Shown here piece by piece: positions 1-9,426 of a stretch of 64,000 bases of DNA; positions within the stretch are counted from its first letter, which is position 1; the number at the start of each line of letters is the position of its first letter. This stretch comes from Candidatus Omnitrophota bacterium (GTDB lineage: Bacteria; Omnitrophota; Gorgyraeia; JACQQV01): contig JACQQV010000002.1 in assembly GCA_016206785.1 (NCBI GenBank), positions 1,554 to 65,553 on the forward strand, written 5' to 3'. Below the pieces are notes generated by a model that was given only the letters and a program-made list of their open reading frames with translations, was not told the DNA's origin and ran no database searches. A program made the translations under genes and the position numbers.

Positions 1-1900
1 TCTTGGAACGGAAATAGCCCTCCACCCCGACGGCGCGATTCAGGGCCGCCACCGCGATATGATAATTGGCCAACGCTTCGAGATACGTGGTCTTGACCTG
101 CAGGAGGCGCGCAGCGGTATCAAAAAGGTCTTGCACCCTTGCTTCGTCGAGCCCCGCCTGAGCCCGCACCACCTTTGCGCTCTCCTCTGCAAAGGCCACC
201 TCCAGACCCGTTCCTCTGATCTGATCGACCGCGCGCCGGTAATCATAAAAAGCCTGTTGGATTTCAAAAGTGACGATGCGTTTGGTCCGTTCCAGTTCCT
301 CCATCGCCTCATCCAGTCGGACCGAGGCCTCCACCTTTCCCGACTTCAACCGATCAAAAAGCGAGAGGCGGAGCGTATGGCTTTTAAATTTGGTGCTCGT
401 AAACTGGCCGACGGCGGGAAGACGATCCTGGGTAATCGATTCAGACGAGATCGTGTTCGGGCCCCAAGGATGAGAAACGTTGAGTCCCAAAAACCATTCG
501 GTCTTGAGGTTTAAGTCCTGGACTTCAAAAATCTCCGCACGCCTTCCCAAAGAACCGGTGACGTTCACCTGCAATTTATCCAGGCTCTCTGCCGCCTCTT
601 TCCCGAATTGATTAAACTGAACGAGGAGCTCTCCAAGTTCTATCTCGGGACGATTGGCAAGGCCCAGAAAGATGGCGCTCTCGAGGGTGACCGCGGTCTC
701 CTCGTACCCCAACAGTCCCTCGATATCGATGGACTGCGTCGGCGGAAGACTCATCGCCTGCGCCAAAGCAAGATGGGCCAACACCAGATCCCGTTCAAGG
801 GCCTGGGCACGATTCACAAGATCCCGATATTGGCTTTCGACCGCCAGAAGATCAAGGGGCCGGTTAAGCCCCAGATCAAACCGACGACGGTTCCGCTCAA
901 GATCCCCTTCCGCCTCTCCGACCGCGGCACGGGTCGTCTTCACGACATGCTTTAAACGGGCGAAGTTGTAATAGGCCTGTGTGATGTCAAAACGGGCATC
1001 GGCGAGGAGTCGGTCATAGGTGGCCTGAAGGATTTCGTAATTCACCTCGGCCTGTTTGTAAAGAGCCAGGGCCCGGCCGCCGTCAAAGAGAAGTTGCTGT
1101 GCCTCCGCAGTAAATTCGCGACCGAGGAAATCGGCTGTGGTGAGACCCGCCTCGCCGCGCGTTTCGGTCCATTTGACGGAGGCGGTCGGGTAAAGCCCCC
1201 GCCGCGCCTCTGCAACCCGGACCCTTGCAAGACGCGCCTGTTCCTCCGCCACCTTGACCGCACCATGATTCGAGAGTCCGATCTGAATGCATTCTTCTAA
1301 GGATAAAAAAGTGGCCCCTGGCAGCCGATCCGCCGGACCGAGTTTGGAACTCCAAATTTTTTTCGTAAGAACCTCGAGTTCCTCTTCGGCGCTCCGCTTC
1401 TGAGAAGGAAGGCTTTTTAAGAAGAAAGAGGAGGGTGCGGGGGCGGGTCGTGGTGTTAAAAAAGCCTCTACCCCCTCTCCCTGTTCTACTTCAACAATGA
1501 TGTTTCCATTTTCCTTGGAGATGCGGTAGAGGGCATCGGCGCGGAGTTCCACGGTGACCGAATCGACCTTCCGACCGGGATAAACGTCTGAAGGCTCCTT
1601 CCGGTAAAATCCGCTCCGGATCTCTTTAATGGATCCGCGGTCAAAAAGAAGGGTGTCGTTCGCCATGCTATAGATATTCTCCCCCACAAGGTCCAGAACC
1701 ACGCGGGGGGGGTTGGTGAGTTTAAAATCAAGGAGGTCGACCGGTGCGGAGGTCTTCAGGGTGATTTGTGAGACCCTTCCAATCTCTTGAACCCCGATAT
1801 CGGTCAGTTTAATCACCCCTTCGGAAGCGACCAAGGCTGGCCAGAGGAGTATAAAGAGGAAGGAGAGAAAGGAACTGAGACGGCGACTCTTCTTGAGCAT
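1..1900 (-). CDS. TolC-family outer membrane efflux protein with N-terminal AMIN-like domain (3' end runs off window)
   Basis: I translated the minus strand by hand. It reads MLKKSRRLSSFLSFLFILLWPALVAS (signal peptide), then an AMIN-like beta-rich segment (VDLLDFKLTNPPRVVLDL...VTVELRADALYRISKENGNIIVEV), then long OEP/TolC-like repeats (LSLEECIQIGLSNH..., NRAVGVEGYFRSK at the window edge). There is no stop inside the window, so it is absent from the ORF track. The ATG at 1898-1900 is preceded by GGAGG. Confidence 0.65.
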   Translation of the reverse strand, partial: MLKKSRRLSSFLSFLFILLWPALVASEGVIKLTDIGVQEIGRVSQITLKTSAPVDLLDFKLTNPPRVVLDLVGENIYSMANDTLLFDRGSIKEIRSGFYRKEPSDVYPGRKVDSVTVELRADALYRISKENGNIIVEVEQGEGVEAFLTPRPAPAPSSFFLKSLPSQKRSAEEELEVLTKKIWSSKLGPADRLPGATFLSLEECIQIGLSNHGAVKVAEEQARLARVRVAEARRGLYPTASVKWTETRGEAGLTTADFLGREFTAEAQQLLFDGGRALALYKQAEVNYEILQATYDRLLADARFDITQAYYNFARLKHVVKTTRAAVGEAEGDLERNRRRFDLGLNRPLDLLAVESQYRDLVNRAQALERDLVLAHLALAQAMSLPPTQSIDIEGLLGYEETAVTLESAIFLGLANRPEIELGELLVQFNQFGKEAAESLDKLQVNVTGSLGRRAEIFEVQDLNLKTEWFLGLNVSHPWGPNTISSESITQDRLPAVGQFTSTKFKSHTLRLSLFDRLKSGKVEASVRLDEAMEELERTKRIVTFEIQQAFYDYRRAVDQIRGTGLEVAFAEESAKVVRAQAGLDEARVQDLFDTAARLLQVKTTYLEALANYHIAVAALNRAVGVEGYFRSK

Positions 1901-1923
1901 GAAGACTCCTCCAGAATGGTGGT

Positions 1924-1952
1924 AGTATAGCATAATTAAACATTTTTGTCAA
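1924..1952 (-). promoter_or_regulatory. sigma70-type promoter: TTGACA-N17-TATACT with TGn extended -10
   Basis: On the minus strand the sequence reads TTGACAaaaatgtttaattaTGcTATACT, followed by about 20 nt and then GGAGG and the ATG of the TolC-like gene. It shares the 11-mer ATTATGCTATA with the promoter at 39488-39516. Confidence 0.5.
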
Positions 1953-2004
1953 CTGATTGCTTTAAAAGAGGTTAGGTAGGGTTCTGATATGGTTTTGATA
2001 CGGT

Positions 2005-3345
2005 CTAAGTGGCTTGTTGAAGGAGCCTTACGGCCCCTTGCTTGGTAGGGGCCTCGGCGATGAGGCGGAGGACCGGTTCGGTGTTCGAGGGCCTTGCATG
2101 AATCCATCTATCTTTAAAGTCGATCCGGATTCCATCCAGGCGATTCACCTTTCCCCCTTTAAACCGCTTGGGAAGTGCTTTGAGGAGGGCGCGGGAACGG
2201 GCTTTGGAAAGCGTGAGTTTCTTCTGAACCATTTCATAATGGGGGAGGGCCTCGACGAGCTCGGAAAGGGGTCTATTCCGTTCGGAAAGTGACTCAAGAA
2301 TGAGTCCCATGCCGACAAGACTGTCACGGGCGGGATTGATGGTGGGATAGATCACCCCGCCATTTCCTTCTCCGCCGATCGCCGCTTTCACCTTTCGCAT
2401 CTTTTCAACCACGTGGCGCTCTCCGATCTTCGAACGGTAGACCTTTACCCCTTTCTGACGGGCTACTTCTTCCACCATCCGGGATGTGGAAAGATTAATC
2501 ACAACGGGCGAGCGTCTGCGAGAGAGAATATGCTGGACCGCAAGGGCAAGCGTATACTCACCGCTTAAGGGAGTCCCTTTCTCTGTGACGATGGCTAACC
2601 GATCCGCGTCCGGATCCTGGGCAAAACCGATCTGTGCACCACTTTTTTTCACGCATCGGGAAAGCTGTTGTAAGTTCTCCTCTCTCGGTTCAGGGGGATG
2701 GGCAAAGCGTCCATTGGGTCGATTGTTGATCGCTGTCACCCGGCACCCGAGCCTTCGCAAAAATGGGGCGGTCACGACAGCGCCCGTTCCGTTACAGGGA
2801 TCGATGGCGACGCGGAAACGGCATGAGCGGATTTTCTGAACGTTTAAATGGCGGAGCACCTGCTGGATGTGGCGTGCGAGGGCCGATCGATTCCGCACTC
2901 GAGGGCCGCGTCGACGGGAGGCGGGAAAGAAACGGCTGGACCCAATGCGAAGGAAAGAATCCATTTTTTTCTGATCCAGGAACTGTCCATCTTCTCCCAC
3001 AAACTTAAGCCCATTCCACTTGGAAGGATTATGACTTGCCGTGACGACGACCCCGCCCCGGGCGTGGAGAAAACGGACCATGAAAAGAACAGTGGGAGTA
3101 GGAGAAACTCCGATATCGACGACGCTGCAACCGATTTCCCGAAGGCCCTGAATGATCTTCCTGCGAAAACGGTGGCCGCTCGGTCGCGTGTCTTGGGCGA
3201 CCACCATCTTTCCCCTTTTCGAAAAAAGGGCAAAGGCCTTGGCGAAATCGCAGACCCTTTCGTCGGTAAGAGTTCGGCCGACGATGCCCCGGATTCCTGA
3301 AATACTGATCTGAAGAGTCTCTGGAAGGGTTCTGGGGGGAGCCAC
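2005..3345 (-). CDS. alpha-D-phosphohexomutase (phosphomannomutase/phosphoglucosamine mutase family)
   Basis: It has the active-site phosphoserine motif TASHNP (VVVTASHNPSKWNGLKF), and the ISGIRGIVG N-terminal motif with DTRPSGH. The start was trimmed to the in-frame GTG at 3345, 2 nt after the ROK stop; the track ORF extends to 3411. Confidence 0.8.
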   Translation of the reverse strand: MAPPRTLPETLQISISGIRGIVGRTLTDERVCDFAKAFALFSKRGKMVVAQDTRPSGHRFRRKIIQGLREIGCSVVDIGVSPTPTVLFMVRFLHARGGVVVTASHNPSKWNGLKFVGEDGQFLDQKKMDSFLRIGSSRFFPASRRRGPRVRNRSALARHIQQVLRHLNVQKIRSCRFRVAIDPCNGTGAVVTAPFLRRLGCRVTAINNRPNGRFAHPPEPREENLQQLSRCVKKSGAQIGFAQDPDADRLAIVTEKGTPLSGEYTLALAVQHILSRRRSPVVINLSTSRMVEEVARQKGVKVYRSKIGERHVVEKMRKVKAAIGGEGNGGVIYPTINPARDSLVGMGLILESLSERNRPLSELVEALPHYEMVQKKLTLSKARSRALLKALPKRFKGGKVNRLDGIRIDFKDRWIHARPSNTEPVLRLIAEAPTKQGAVRLLQQAT

Positions 3346-3347
3346 TG

Positions 3348-4607
3348 TTAGGCAAAGAGTCCGGTGGGGGTAAAGAGGTTGGAGAGAACCAGGAAACTTG
3401 CCCCCACACACCCGCCGAATTCGCCGCGCAGTTCAGAGAGTTTGATGGTGACCGTCTGGGCAGGAACCTCAAACGCAAGATGCCCGACGACTTCCCGGAT
3501 CGGGTCCAGAAGGAGATTTTCTGCATGGACGAGATCTCCCCCCAGAATGACAAGTTCCGGGTTCATGAAGTTTACCAGGAAAGCGATCCGCACACCCAAT
3601 TTTCGGGCAACCTCCTGCAACACCTCCAAAGAGACGCGGTCATTTTTCCGCGCCGCTTCAATGACGGTATCAGTGGTAATGGCAGCGAGATTGTCCTTCA
3701 CCATCTTCTTCAAAAGACTCTGTGCGCCGGAGACAATCTTCTCAACCGCTTGTTCGGGGATGGGCGGATCGATTTCCCACGGTTTAAAGTTAATCCAGTC
3801 TTCCTCCCGGAGTCCTTCAATCAGTTTCCTATCCGAAAGACGGAGCCCCAATTCTCCGGAGGTCTGACTCGCCCCCCGATAGATGCGGCCATCCAGAACG
3901 AAACTGCATCCTAAACTCATCCGGTCTTCTGCATACCGTTTGATATGAAGATAGAGGATGTTTTTGACATCCCGCCCGACGCCGAGATACCGTTCCCCCA
4001 AGACACCAACGTTGGCATCATTATCGATAGAGATGGGATAGGTGAAATGTTTTCTCAAAAGGTCGCGGAGCGGAATATTTTTCTCATCCACCACGTGACC
4101 GAAAAGGATAACCCCTTTTTCAGCGTCGATAAGACCTGGAATGGAAACGCCGATCCCTCTGATCTTGTCGAGCCGGATGTCGGTTCGGATGTCGGATTTC
4201 TCAAGGAGTTCATCCACCACCCCCTTGATCTTCTGCACGAGTTCCTCTCGCGTTTGGGAGACTTCGTTTTTCCGTTTCACCCCCATCAGGATATTCCCTT
4301 TGAGATCCGTGATCCCTGCACGGATACTCTCAAGCCCCACATCCACACCAATCGTGAATCCGGATTCCGGATGGAGTTCCAGAAGGATCGGACGCCGGCC
4401 ACCGCTTGAAATGTCGAGGCCGGTCTCCCGCACCACCTCCTCTTCAAGGAGTTCCTTGACCAGTCGCGTAATCGTGACCTTGCTGAGTTGCGTGAGACGT
4501 GTCAGTTCTGCTCTCGAGATGGGTCCTTGTCTATGGATGATGGAAAGTACAAGACTCTTATTGCGTCGCTTGAGCGCTTCGAGATCCCCAGAACCGATTT
4601 TATCCAT
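3348..4607 (-). CDS. ROK-family transcriptional regulator (N-terminal HTH plus sugar-kinase-like fold)
   Basis: The N-terminus MDKIGSGDLEALKRRNKSLVLSIIHRQGPISRAELTRLT is a wHTH. The body carries ROK glycine-rich motifs (IGVDVG, GIGVSIPGLID) and a DNDANV-type motif. A purine-rich RBS (GGGGGAGGGGAAGG) precedes the ATG at 4607; the track ORF extends to 4655. Confidence 0.8.
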   Translation of the reverse strand: MDKIGSGDLEALKRRNKSLVLSIIHRQGPISRAELTRLTQLSKVTITRLVKELLEEEVVRETGLDISSGGRRPILLELHPESGFTIGVDVGLESIRAGITDLKGNILMGVKRKNEVSQTREELVQKIKGVVDELLEKSDIRTDIRLDKIRGIGVSIPGLIDAEKGVILFGHVVDEKNIPLRDLLRKHFTYPISIDNDANVGVLGERYLGVGRDVKNILYLHIKRYAEDRMSLGCSFVLDGRIYRGASQTSGELGLRLSDRKLIEGLREEDWINFKPWEIDPPIPEQAVEKIVSGAQSLLKKMVKDNLAAITTDTVIEAARKNDRVSLEVLQEVARKLGVRIAFLVNFMNPELVILGGDLVHAENLLLDPIREVVGHLAFEVPAQTVTIKLSELRGEFGGCVGASFLVLSNLFTPTGLFA

Positions 4608-4620
4608 CCTTCCCCTCCCC

Positions 4621-7017
4621 CTACCGCTCGGACCGTTTGGACCGTTTTCCTGCATGACCCATGACGACTTTTACGCGATGGAGTTTGCCATCGCCGTGAG
4701 GTGGAATAAGATTGGAATGCCACTTTTTCCCATCGAGGAAAATCTGTTTCACACCCTTCTCTACCCCTTCTGGATTGAGAAGTGTGACTTCATACGTTGA
4801 GCCCCGGAAAGGCCTCCGGATCGAGGCCCTTTTCCAATGCCGGGGTAGACACGGATCGATGAGGAGTCCTTCAAATTCCCGACGGACACCGAGGATCCAC
4901 TCGGTCGCCGCGATAAACATCCAGGGGGTGGTCCCCGTATTCCAGGTGAAATTTCCCTCCCCGAATTTGGACCGGGATCCTGGGCCGACGACATATTCCG
5001 CCCAGACATAAGGCTCTGCCGTGTATTGGGTGTGGTCGCTCTTGGCGGGACTCATCGGATAGAGTTTGGTGAACGTTTCATACGCCTTATCTCCCCGCCC
5101 AATGGTACAGTCTGCCACAATTTTGAAGGCACAGGCATGGGAGAAGACCGCCGCGTTCTCTTTCGTCCCTTCTGCAAATGCGGTGACGCGGCCGATGCCG
5201 GGGTTAAATCGGGTATAACTCGGTAAAAAGAGTGCTGGGCCGTATGCGGTATCGAGATATTCATCAATGAGTTTCAAGATCTTTTTCTCACGATCCGGAG
5301 GAGCCACACCGCTTAAGATCGCCCAGGTCTGACTGTTCAAGGGGACCCTTCCTTCTTCATTCTTTGCCGAACCGATCCGATATCCCTCATCATTAAAGGC
5401 GGCGAGATACCACCCGCCGTCCCAGCCGACCCGGTTTATGACTTGGTTTAAGGTCTGGTATTTCTTCCGCATCTCCAGTTCGGTCTTCCGATCTTTCAGA
5501 AAATGGGCGAGGGATTCCATCTGTCTGCAGGCGCGCGCGAGCGCCATGCCAAGCCAGATACTCTCTCCCTTTCCACCGATCCCGACGTGGTCATAGGCGT
5601 CGTTCCAGTCCGCTTTCCGGATAAAGGGGAGTCCATGTTTCCCCCGATGCTGGTAAAGATACCGGACCGCCCGTTTGATATGTTCATAGACAGTGGCTTC
5701 CCCTCCGTCATGAAAACGATATTTTTTCTTGAGAAAGTCAACGTCTCCCGTCTCCTTGATATAAGAAATGATCGTGTACGGGAGCCAGACGGCCACATCC
5801 GCTTTACCGGTCACGACCGCCTGATGATTTTTATCCCAGGAGCCTTCCGAATAGGAAAAACCAGAGACCGCATGGCCCGTATGATACTGGTAGAAAAGAA
5901 GCTTCTCGATTTTCTCTATCGCCGCATCTCTCCGGAGGGCCAGAAGCCCTTCGCTATCTTGGGCGGTATCCCGGTAGCCGAGTCCTCCCTCGGTTCCATG
6001 ATAACTGGAGGTGCCGCGGGAATGGATGATGGCAAAGAGTTGATACTTTCCCCAGATATTCACCATCAGGTCAAAGTTCGGGTCTGGGGTATGAACGCGA
6101 ATCCGATCGACAACCCCCTCCCAATAACTTTTAATGTCCAGAAGCTCTTCCTCGGCCACCTCTTCCCGACGGTATTTCCGTAAATAGGAGGCGGCCTCTT
6201 GGATCGTGCGAGCAAATCCTAAGCAGACCACAAAAGAAACTTCTTCTTTAGGACCGAGATGAAAACGTGACTCAAAGACACCCACCATATCCTCACCGCG
6301 GACCGCGTTTTTCTTCAGGGCCCCCTCACGGATCTCATTGGGGCAAGACAGGTCGTTGTAACGGCCGATGAAACTTTCCTTGGAGGTCTCAAACCCATGG
6401 ATCCGTGCGCTCGTGCTGAAGAAATTAAGCCACTCCGCTTGACCCCGTCGGAAAGGGTACTTCCGGGCAATGATCGCTTTGAGTCGCTCGTCGTAATAGG
6501 CCTCATTATAAAGAGAGAGGATATTCCGATAGCAGGTTTCCAGTTCAATATCCCCAGAAATAAATTCAACGAAAGGATAGGCCCGAATCCGCCGGGGCCG
6601 CTTTTCAAGATTCTTGATCTTGACCATCCAGAGTTCTACGGGGCTATCTTGGGCCACAAGGTAGGTGATCTTTCCTTCAATCCCATTCGCCCGCGAGAGG
6701 AGGGTGGTGTAGCCTAAGCCGTGGCGGGTTTCCCAGGCATCGTACGCTTTGCGAACCGGCTGCCAGTTCACCGACCAGAACTCCCCCGTTTCCTCATCTC
6801 TCAAATACACATACCGGCCGGGGCGATCGGTCTGGATATGCTCGTAGCGAAGGATGCGATTCGACTTTGGGTCGTCGTAGTAACTGTAGCCACCTCCCGT
6901 CTGGGACGTTAAGACGTGATAGAGTTCGTTAAACAGGTAATTGAACCAAGGTTTCGGCGTATCCGGTCGCGTGATGATATATTCTTTCCCGTTTTTCGAA
7001 AAATGTCCGTATTGCAT
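4621..7017 (-). CDS. GH94-family glycoside phosphorylase (cellobiose/chitobiose/cellodextrin phosphorylase-like)
   Basis: The 798-aa ORF starts MQYGHFSKNGKEYIITRPDTPKPWFNYL, which is typical of GH94 phosphorylases, and is long enough for the (alpha/alpha)6 catalytic region. Confidence 0.8.
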   Translation of the reverse strand: MQYGHFSKNGKEYIITRPDTPKPWFNYLFNELYHVLTSQTGGGYSYYDDPKSNRILRYEHIQTDRPGRYVYLRDEETGEFWSVNWQPVRKAYDAWETRHGLGYTTLLSRANGIEGKITYLVAQDSPVELWMVKIKNLEKRPRRIRAYPFVEFISGDIELETCYRNILSLYNEAYYDERLKAIIARKYPFRRGQAEWLNFFSTSARIHGFETSKESFIGRYNDLSCPNEIREGALKKNAVRGEDMVGVFESRFHLGPKEEVSFVVCLGFARTIQEAASYLRKYRREEVAEEELLDIKSYWEGVVDRIRVHTPDPNFDLMVNIWGKYQLFAIIHSRGTSSYHGTEGGLGYRDTAQDSEGLLALRRDAAIEKIEKLLFYQYHTGHAVSGFSYSEGSWDKNHQAVVTGKADVAVWLPYTIISYIKETGDVDFLKKKYRFHDGGEATVYEHIKRAVRYLYQHRGKHGLPFIRKADWNDAYDHVGIGGKGESIWLGMALARACRQMESLAHFLKDRKTELEMRKKYQTLNQVINRVGWDGGWYLAAFNDEGYRIGSAKNEEGRVPLNSQTWAILSGVAPPDREKKILKLIDEYLDTAYGPALFLPSYTRFNPGIGRVTAFAEGTKENAAVFSHACAFKIVADCTIGRGDKAYETFTKLYPMSPAKSDHTQYTAEPYVWAEYVVGPGSRSKFGEGNFTWNTGTTPWMFIAATEWILGVRREFEGLLIDPCLPRHWKRASIRRPFRGSTYEVTLLNPEGVEKGVKQIFLDGKKWHSNLIPPHGDGKLHRVKVVMGHAGKRSKRSER

Positions 7018-7020
7018 TAT

Positions 7021-7068
7021 TCGTCGCTCGTTGCTCGTGAAGCGAGATACGCTTCACGCTTCACGAAC
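7021..7068. repeat. Copy A of a CGTGAAGCG / CGCTTCACGAACGAC palindromic repeat family
   Basis: The sequence is tcgtcgctcgttgctCGTGAAGCGagataCGCTTCACGcttcacgaac, with a 9-bp stem and a 5-nt loop. It lies in the 66-nt gap between the ROK-2 stop and the GH94 start. Related copies are at about 41608-41666 and 50960-51015. Confidence 0.55.
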
Positions 7069-7083
7069 CCTCTGTTTCCCAGA

Positions 7084-8328
7084 TTACGCTTGGGCAAACG
7101 CACTCTGAATCACAAGACTCGCCGCACCGAGGGCGACCGCGTTCTCTCCCAGTTGGGAGGGAATGATCCGAACATCGGCGGCATGTTCTGAAAAAGAGCT
7201 TTTCTTCACGATCCGCTTGATCGGTTCCAAGATAATAGAACCCGCCTCCTCCATCCCCCCACCAATCACGACGACCTCGGGATTTACGAAATTGACCAAA
7301 AACGCGATCTTGATGCCGAGGGCCACCCCCGCATCCTCCACGAGTTCCGTGGCCAACGTATCTCCTTCCTTGGCAGCCTCGATGATTTTCTTGGCGGAGA
7401 GCTCTGGCACATGCTTCAAAGAGGAGTTGATTCCTTTGGCAATGGCGTCCCGTGCCTTTTCAATCATCCCCATGTCGAGTCCGACCATCTTCAGAGGGCC
7501 GAGGGGATGGTTTCCCTTCTCTTCAAACGGATCGTAAATCGTCACTTCCCCCGCGCCACCGCTTGTTCCCCGATACACTTCACCGTTAATGATGATGCCG
7601 CAACCCACACCCGAATACATATAAATCAGGTTTTTGATGCCCGGCTCAAGCCCGAGCCATAAGACCCCGAAGGCGGCAACGGTCGCATCATTTTCGATAA
7701 AGGTGGGGATATTAAAGCGATTTTCGAAAAGATCTTTCACAGAGATGGCGATGGAGACGTCATAGGGGCTCTCTTTCCCGGGGGCACCGATTTGGGAGGT
7801 CCAACGGACGGTACGGCCCGGTTCGTCGATGATCCCTGGGATGCCGACGCCGATCCCTTTGATTTTAGTGATGTCTATCTTCGATTCCGCGATGAGATCA
7901 CTGGCGAGCTGAATCAAGCCGTGGATGATCGCCTCGGCCGATTCCTGGGAAAGGGGGCTATTCCGCGTCGCCACGACAGGAGGCTTTTCCCGCTTGAGGT
8001 CCGTAATGACGCCTCCGGCAAGGTCCGTCAGTGTTCCAACCATGTTCGACATCGAAAGCCCCAGCCCGATCACATAGCCGACCTTCGGGTTAAGTTCCAA
8101 AAGAAGAGGGCGGCGTCCGCCGCCCGAAATGTCAAACCCCTTTTCGATCACGAGCCCTTCTTCGATAAAGTGATTCACATAGTTGGAGATCGTGACGATA
8201 TTGAGTTTGGTGAGTTTCGAAATTTCAGTCTTGGTGGTCTCTCTTTGCCGCCGGATCGCCTCCAGGATGAGGAGGTTCTTCCGCTCACGGTCGGTGAGGT
8301 CTTCATCAGTCGAGTAAACGCGTCTCAT
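7084..8328 (-). CDS. ROK-family transcriptional regulator (second paralog)
   Basis: It has an N-terminal HTH (LILEAIRRQRETTKTEISKLTKLNIVTISNYV) and ROK motifs (IGLGLS, GIGVGIPGIID, ENDATVAA). Confidence 0.8.
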   Translation of the reverse strand: MRRVYSTDEDLTDRERKNLLILEAIRRQRETTKTEISKLTKLNIVTISNYVNHFIEEGLVIEKGFDISGGGRRPLLLELNPKVGYVIGLGLSMSNMVGTLTDLAGGVITDLKREKPPVVATRNSPLSQESAEAIIHGLIQLASDLIAESKIDITKIKGIGVGIPGIIDEPGRTVRWTSQIGAPGKESPYDVSIAISVKDLFENRFNIPTFIENDATVAAFGVLWLGLEPGIKNLIYMYSGVGCGIIINGEVYRGTSGGAGEVTIYDPFEEKGNHPLGPLKMVGLDMGMIEKARDAIAKGINSSLKHVPELSAKKIIEAAKEGDTLATELVEDAGVALGIKIAFLVNFVNPEVVVIGGGMEEAGSIILEPIKRIVKKSSFSEHAADVRIIPSQLGENAVALGAASLVIQSAFAQA

Positions 8329-8410
8329 CTTACTTTCTTATCCCTTTTAAAAAGTCGCCTACTTAAGGTAACATAAGGCCAAAATGATGTCAATACTTTG
8401 TTTCAAAGGG

Positions 8411-9424
8411 CTATTTTCGCTTTTGAAAAGTAAGGTAGGTGCGGGTGAGTGTGCGCCAGACTTTCTCAGGATCGTCGCTTTTGAGGCAGGACATCTGGCC
8501 CGTTCCTTGATAGGACCATGCGGCGAAATTCCGGACCCCTTCCTCGTAGGCTGCCTCGAGGGCGATTCCGATCTTCTCCTCCTCCCCTTTTTTGATTTTA
8601 AAATTTAAGACCCAGACCTGGGGTTCCTTTCCGTAACGGAGGCAGAGATGGAAGACCTGACGTGCGTAATGCCGCACAAGTCCTTCGACATCTTTTACAC
8701 CGGCATGCCAGTAGGGATCGGTGCCGAGGACATCGAGGCTTTTGATCCGCGCCACAGGGGACCAATCCTGGAGCGTATGAATGGAGTAGACCTGCGGAAG
8801 AAGACAGACCGCATTCCGGAACCCTTCTTGCTTCGTGTAATCGCAAAATTTCTTAAGGAATCGGACAACCGTCTCCTCGCGAAAGAGAAGGACTTCCTCC
8901 GTGAGCGTCTTCGGCATCGGCTTTCCGAACTTCCCTGAAAAAAGTTTCTGACAGACCGGACAGCGACAGGCCCAGAGTTCTTTTTCTTTCTTCCCTTTAA
9001 AAATATAAAAGTGGGGCTCATCCCAGAAAAAAGTGTCCGTTTTGCAGTCAAAACCGGCGTCGCACCAGTTTTTGAGAAATTTCTGGAAGACCGGATGGTT
9101 GGGACAGGCAATGGGAAGGATTTTTCCGACGGAACTCACCTGTCTTGCTTCAGGATGGTGCACGAGAAATTCCGAGTAAGACTCTCCCCCGAAAACCCGT
9201 CCGACCGCCCAAGGGTCGAGATATACCTCGAGGTCCGCGTCGTGGGAGGCCTTCACAAAGTCTTTGAGGGTCCCGGGGTAATACTGGAGGTCTTGTTCGC
9301 TAAAGGTCAGAACGATGAAATGGCATCCCCCTCGAACGATCTCCTGAAGATCCTTCCTGAAGTGGTTCAGAAAATAATTCCCGAAATAGGAAACGCCGCA
9401 CTTCAAAGGAAACGCTTTCGCCAC
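8411..9424 (-). CDS. hypothetical protein (possible TIM-barrel sugar-active enzyme, Cys-rich)
   Basis: The 337-aa ORF is compact and in an operon position after ROK-2. I recognise no family. It contains a CRCPVCQ motif. Confidence 0.45.
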   Translation of the reverse strand: MAKAFPLKCGVSYFGNYFLNHFRKDLQEIVRGGCHFIVLTFSEQDLQYYPGTLKDFVKASHDADLEVYLDPWAVGRVFGGESYSEFLVHHPEARQVSSVGKILPIACPNHPVFQKFLKNWCDAGFDCKTDTFFWDEPHFYIFKGKKEKELWACRCPVCQKLFSGKFGKPMPKTLTEEVLLFREETVVRFLKKFCDYTKQEGFRNAVCLLPQVYSIHTLQDWSPVARIKSLDVLGTDPYWHAGVKDVEGLVRHYARQVFHLCLRYGKEPQVWVLNFKIKKGEEEKIGIALEAAYEEGVRNFAAWSYQGTGQMSCLKSDDPEKVWRTLTRTYLTFQKRK

Positions 9425-9426
9425 GG

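Noticed and set aside
59-514. Plus-strand ORF of 151 aa at the window start
   Set aside because: It lies antisense to the well-supported TolC-like coding frame and has no motif or RBS.
8329-8410. Promoter for ROK-2 (TTGACA-N17-TACCTT)
   Set aside because: The -35 is consensus but the -10 is poor. I left it out of features as unsupported.
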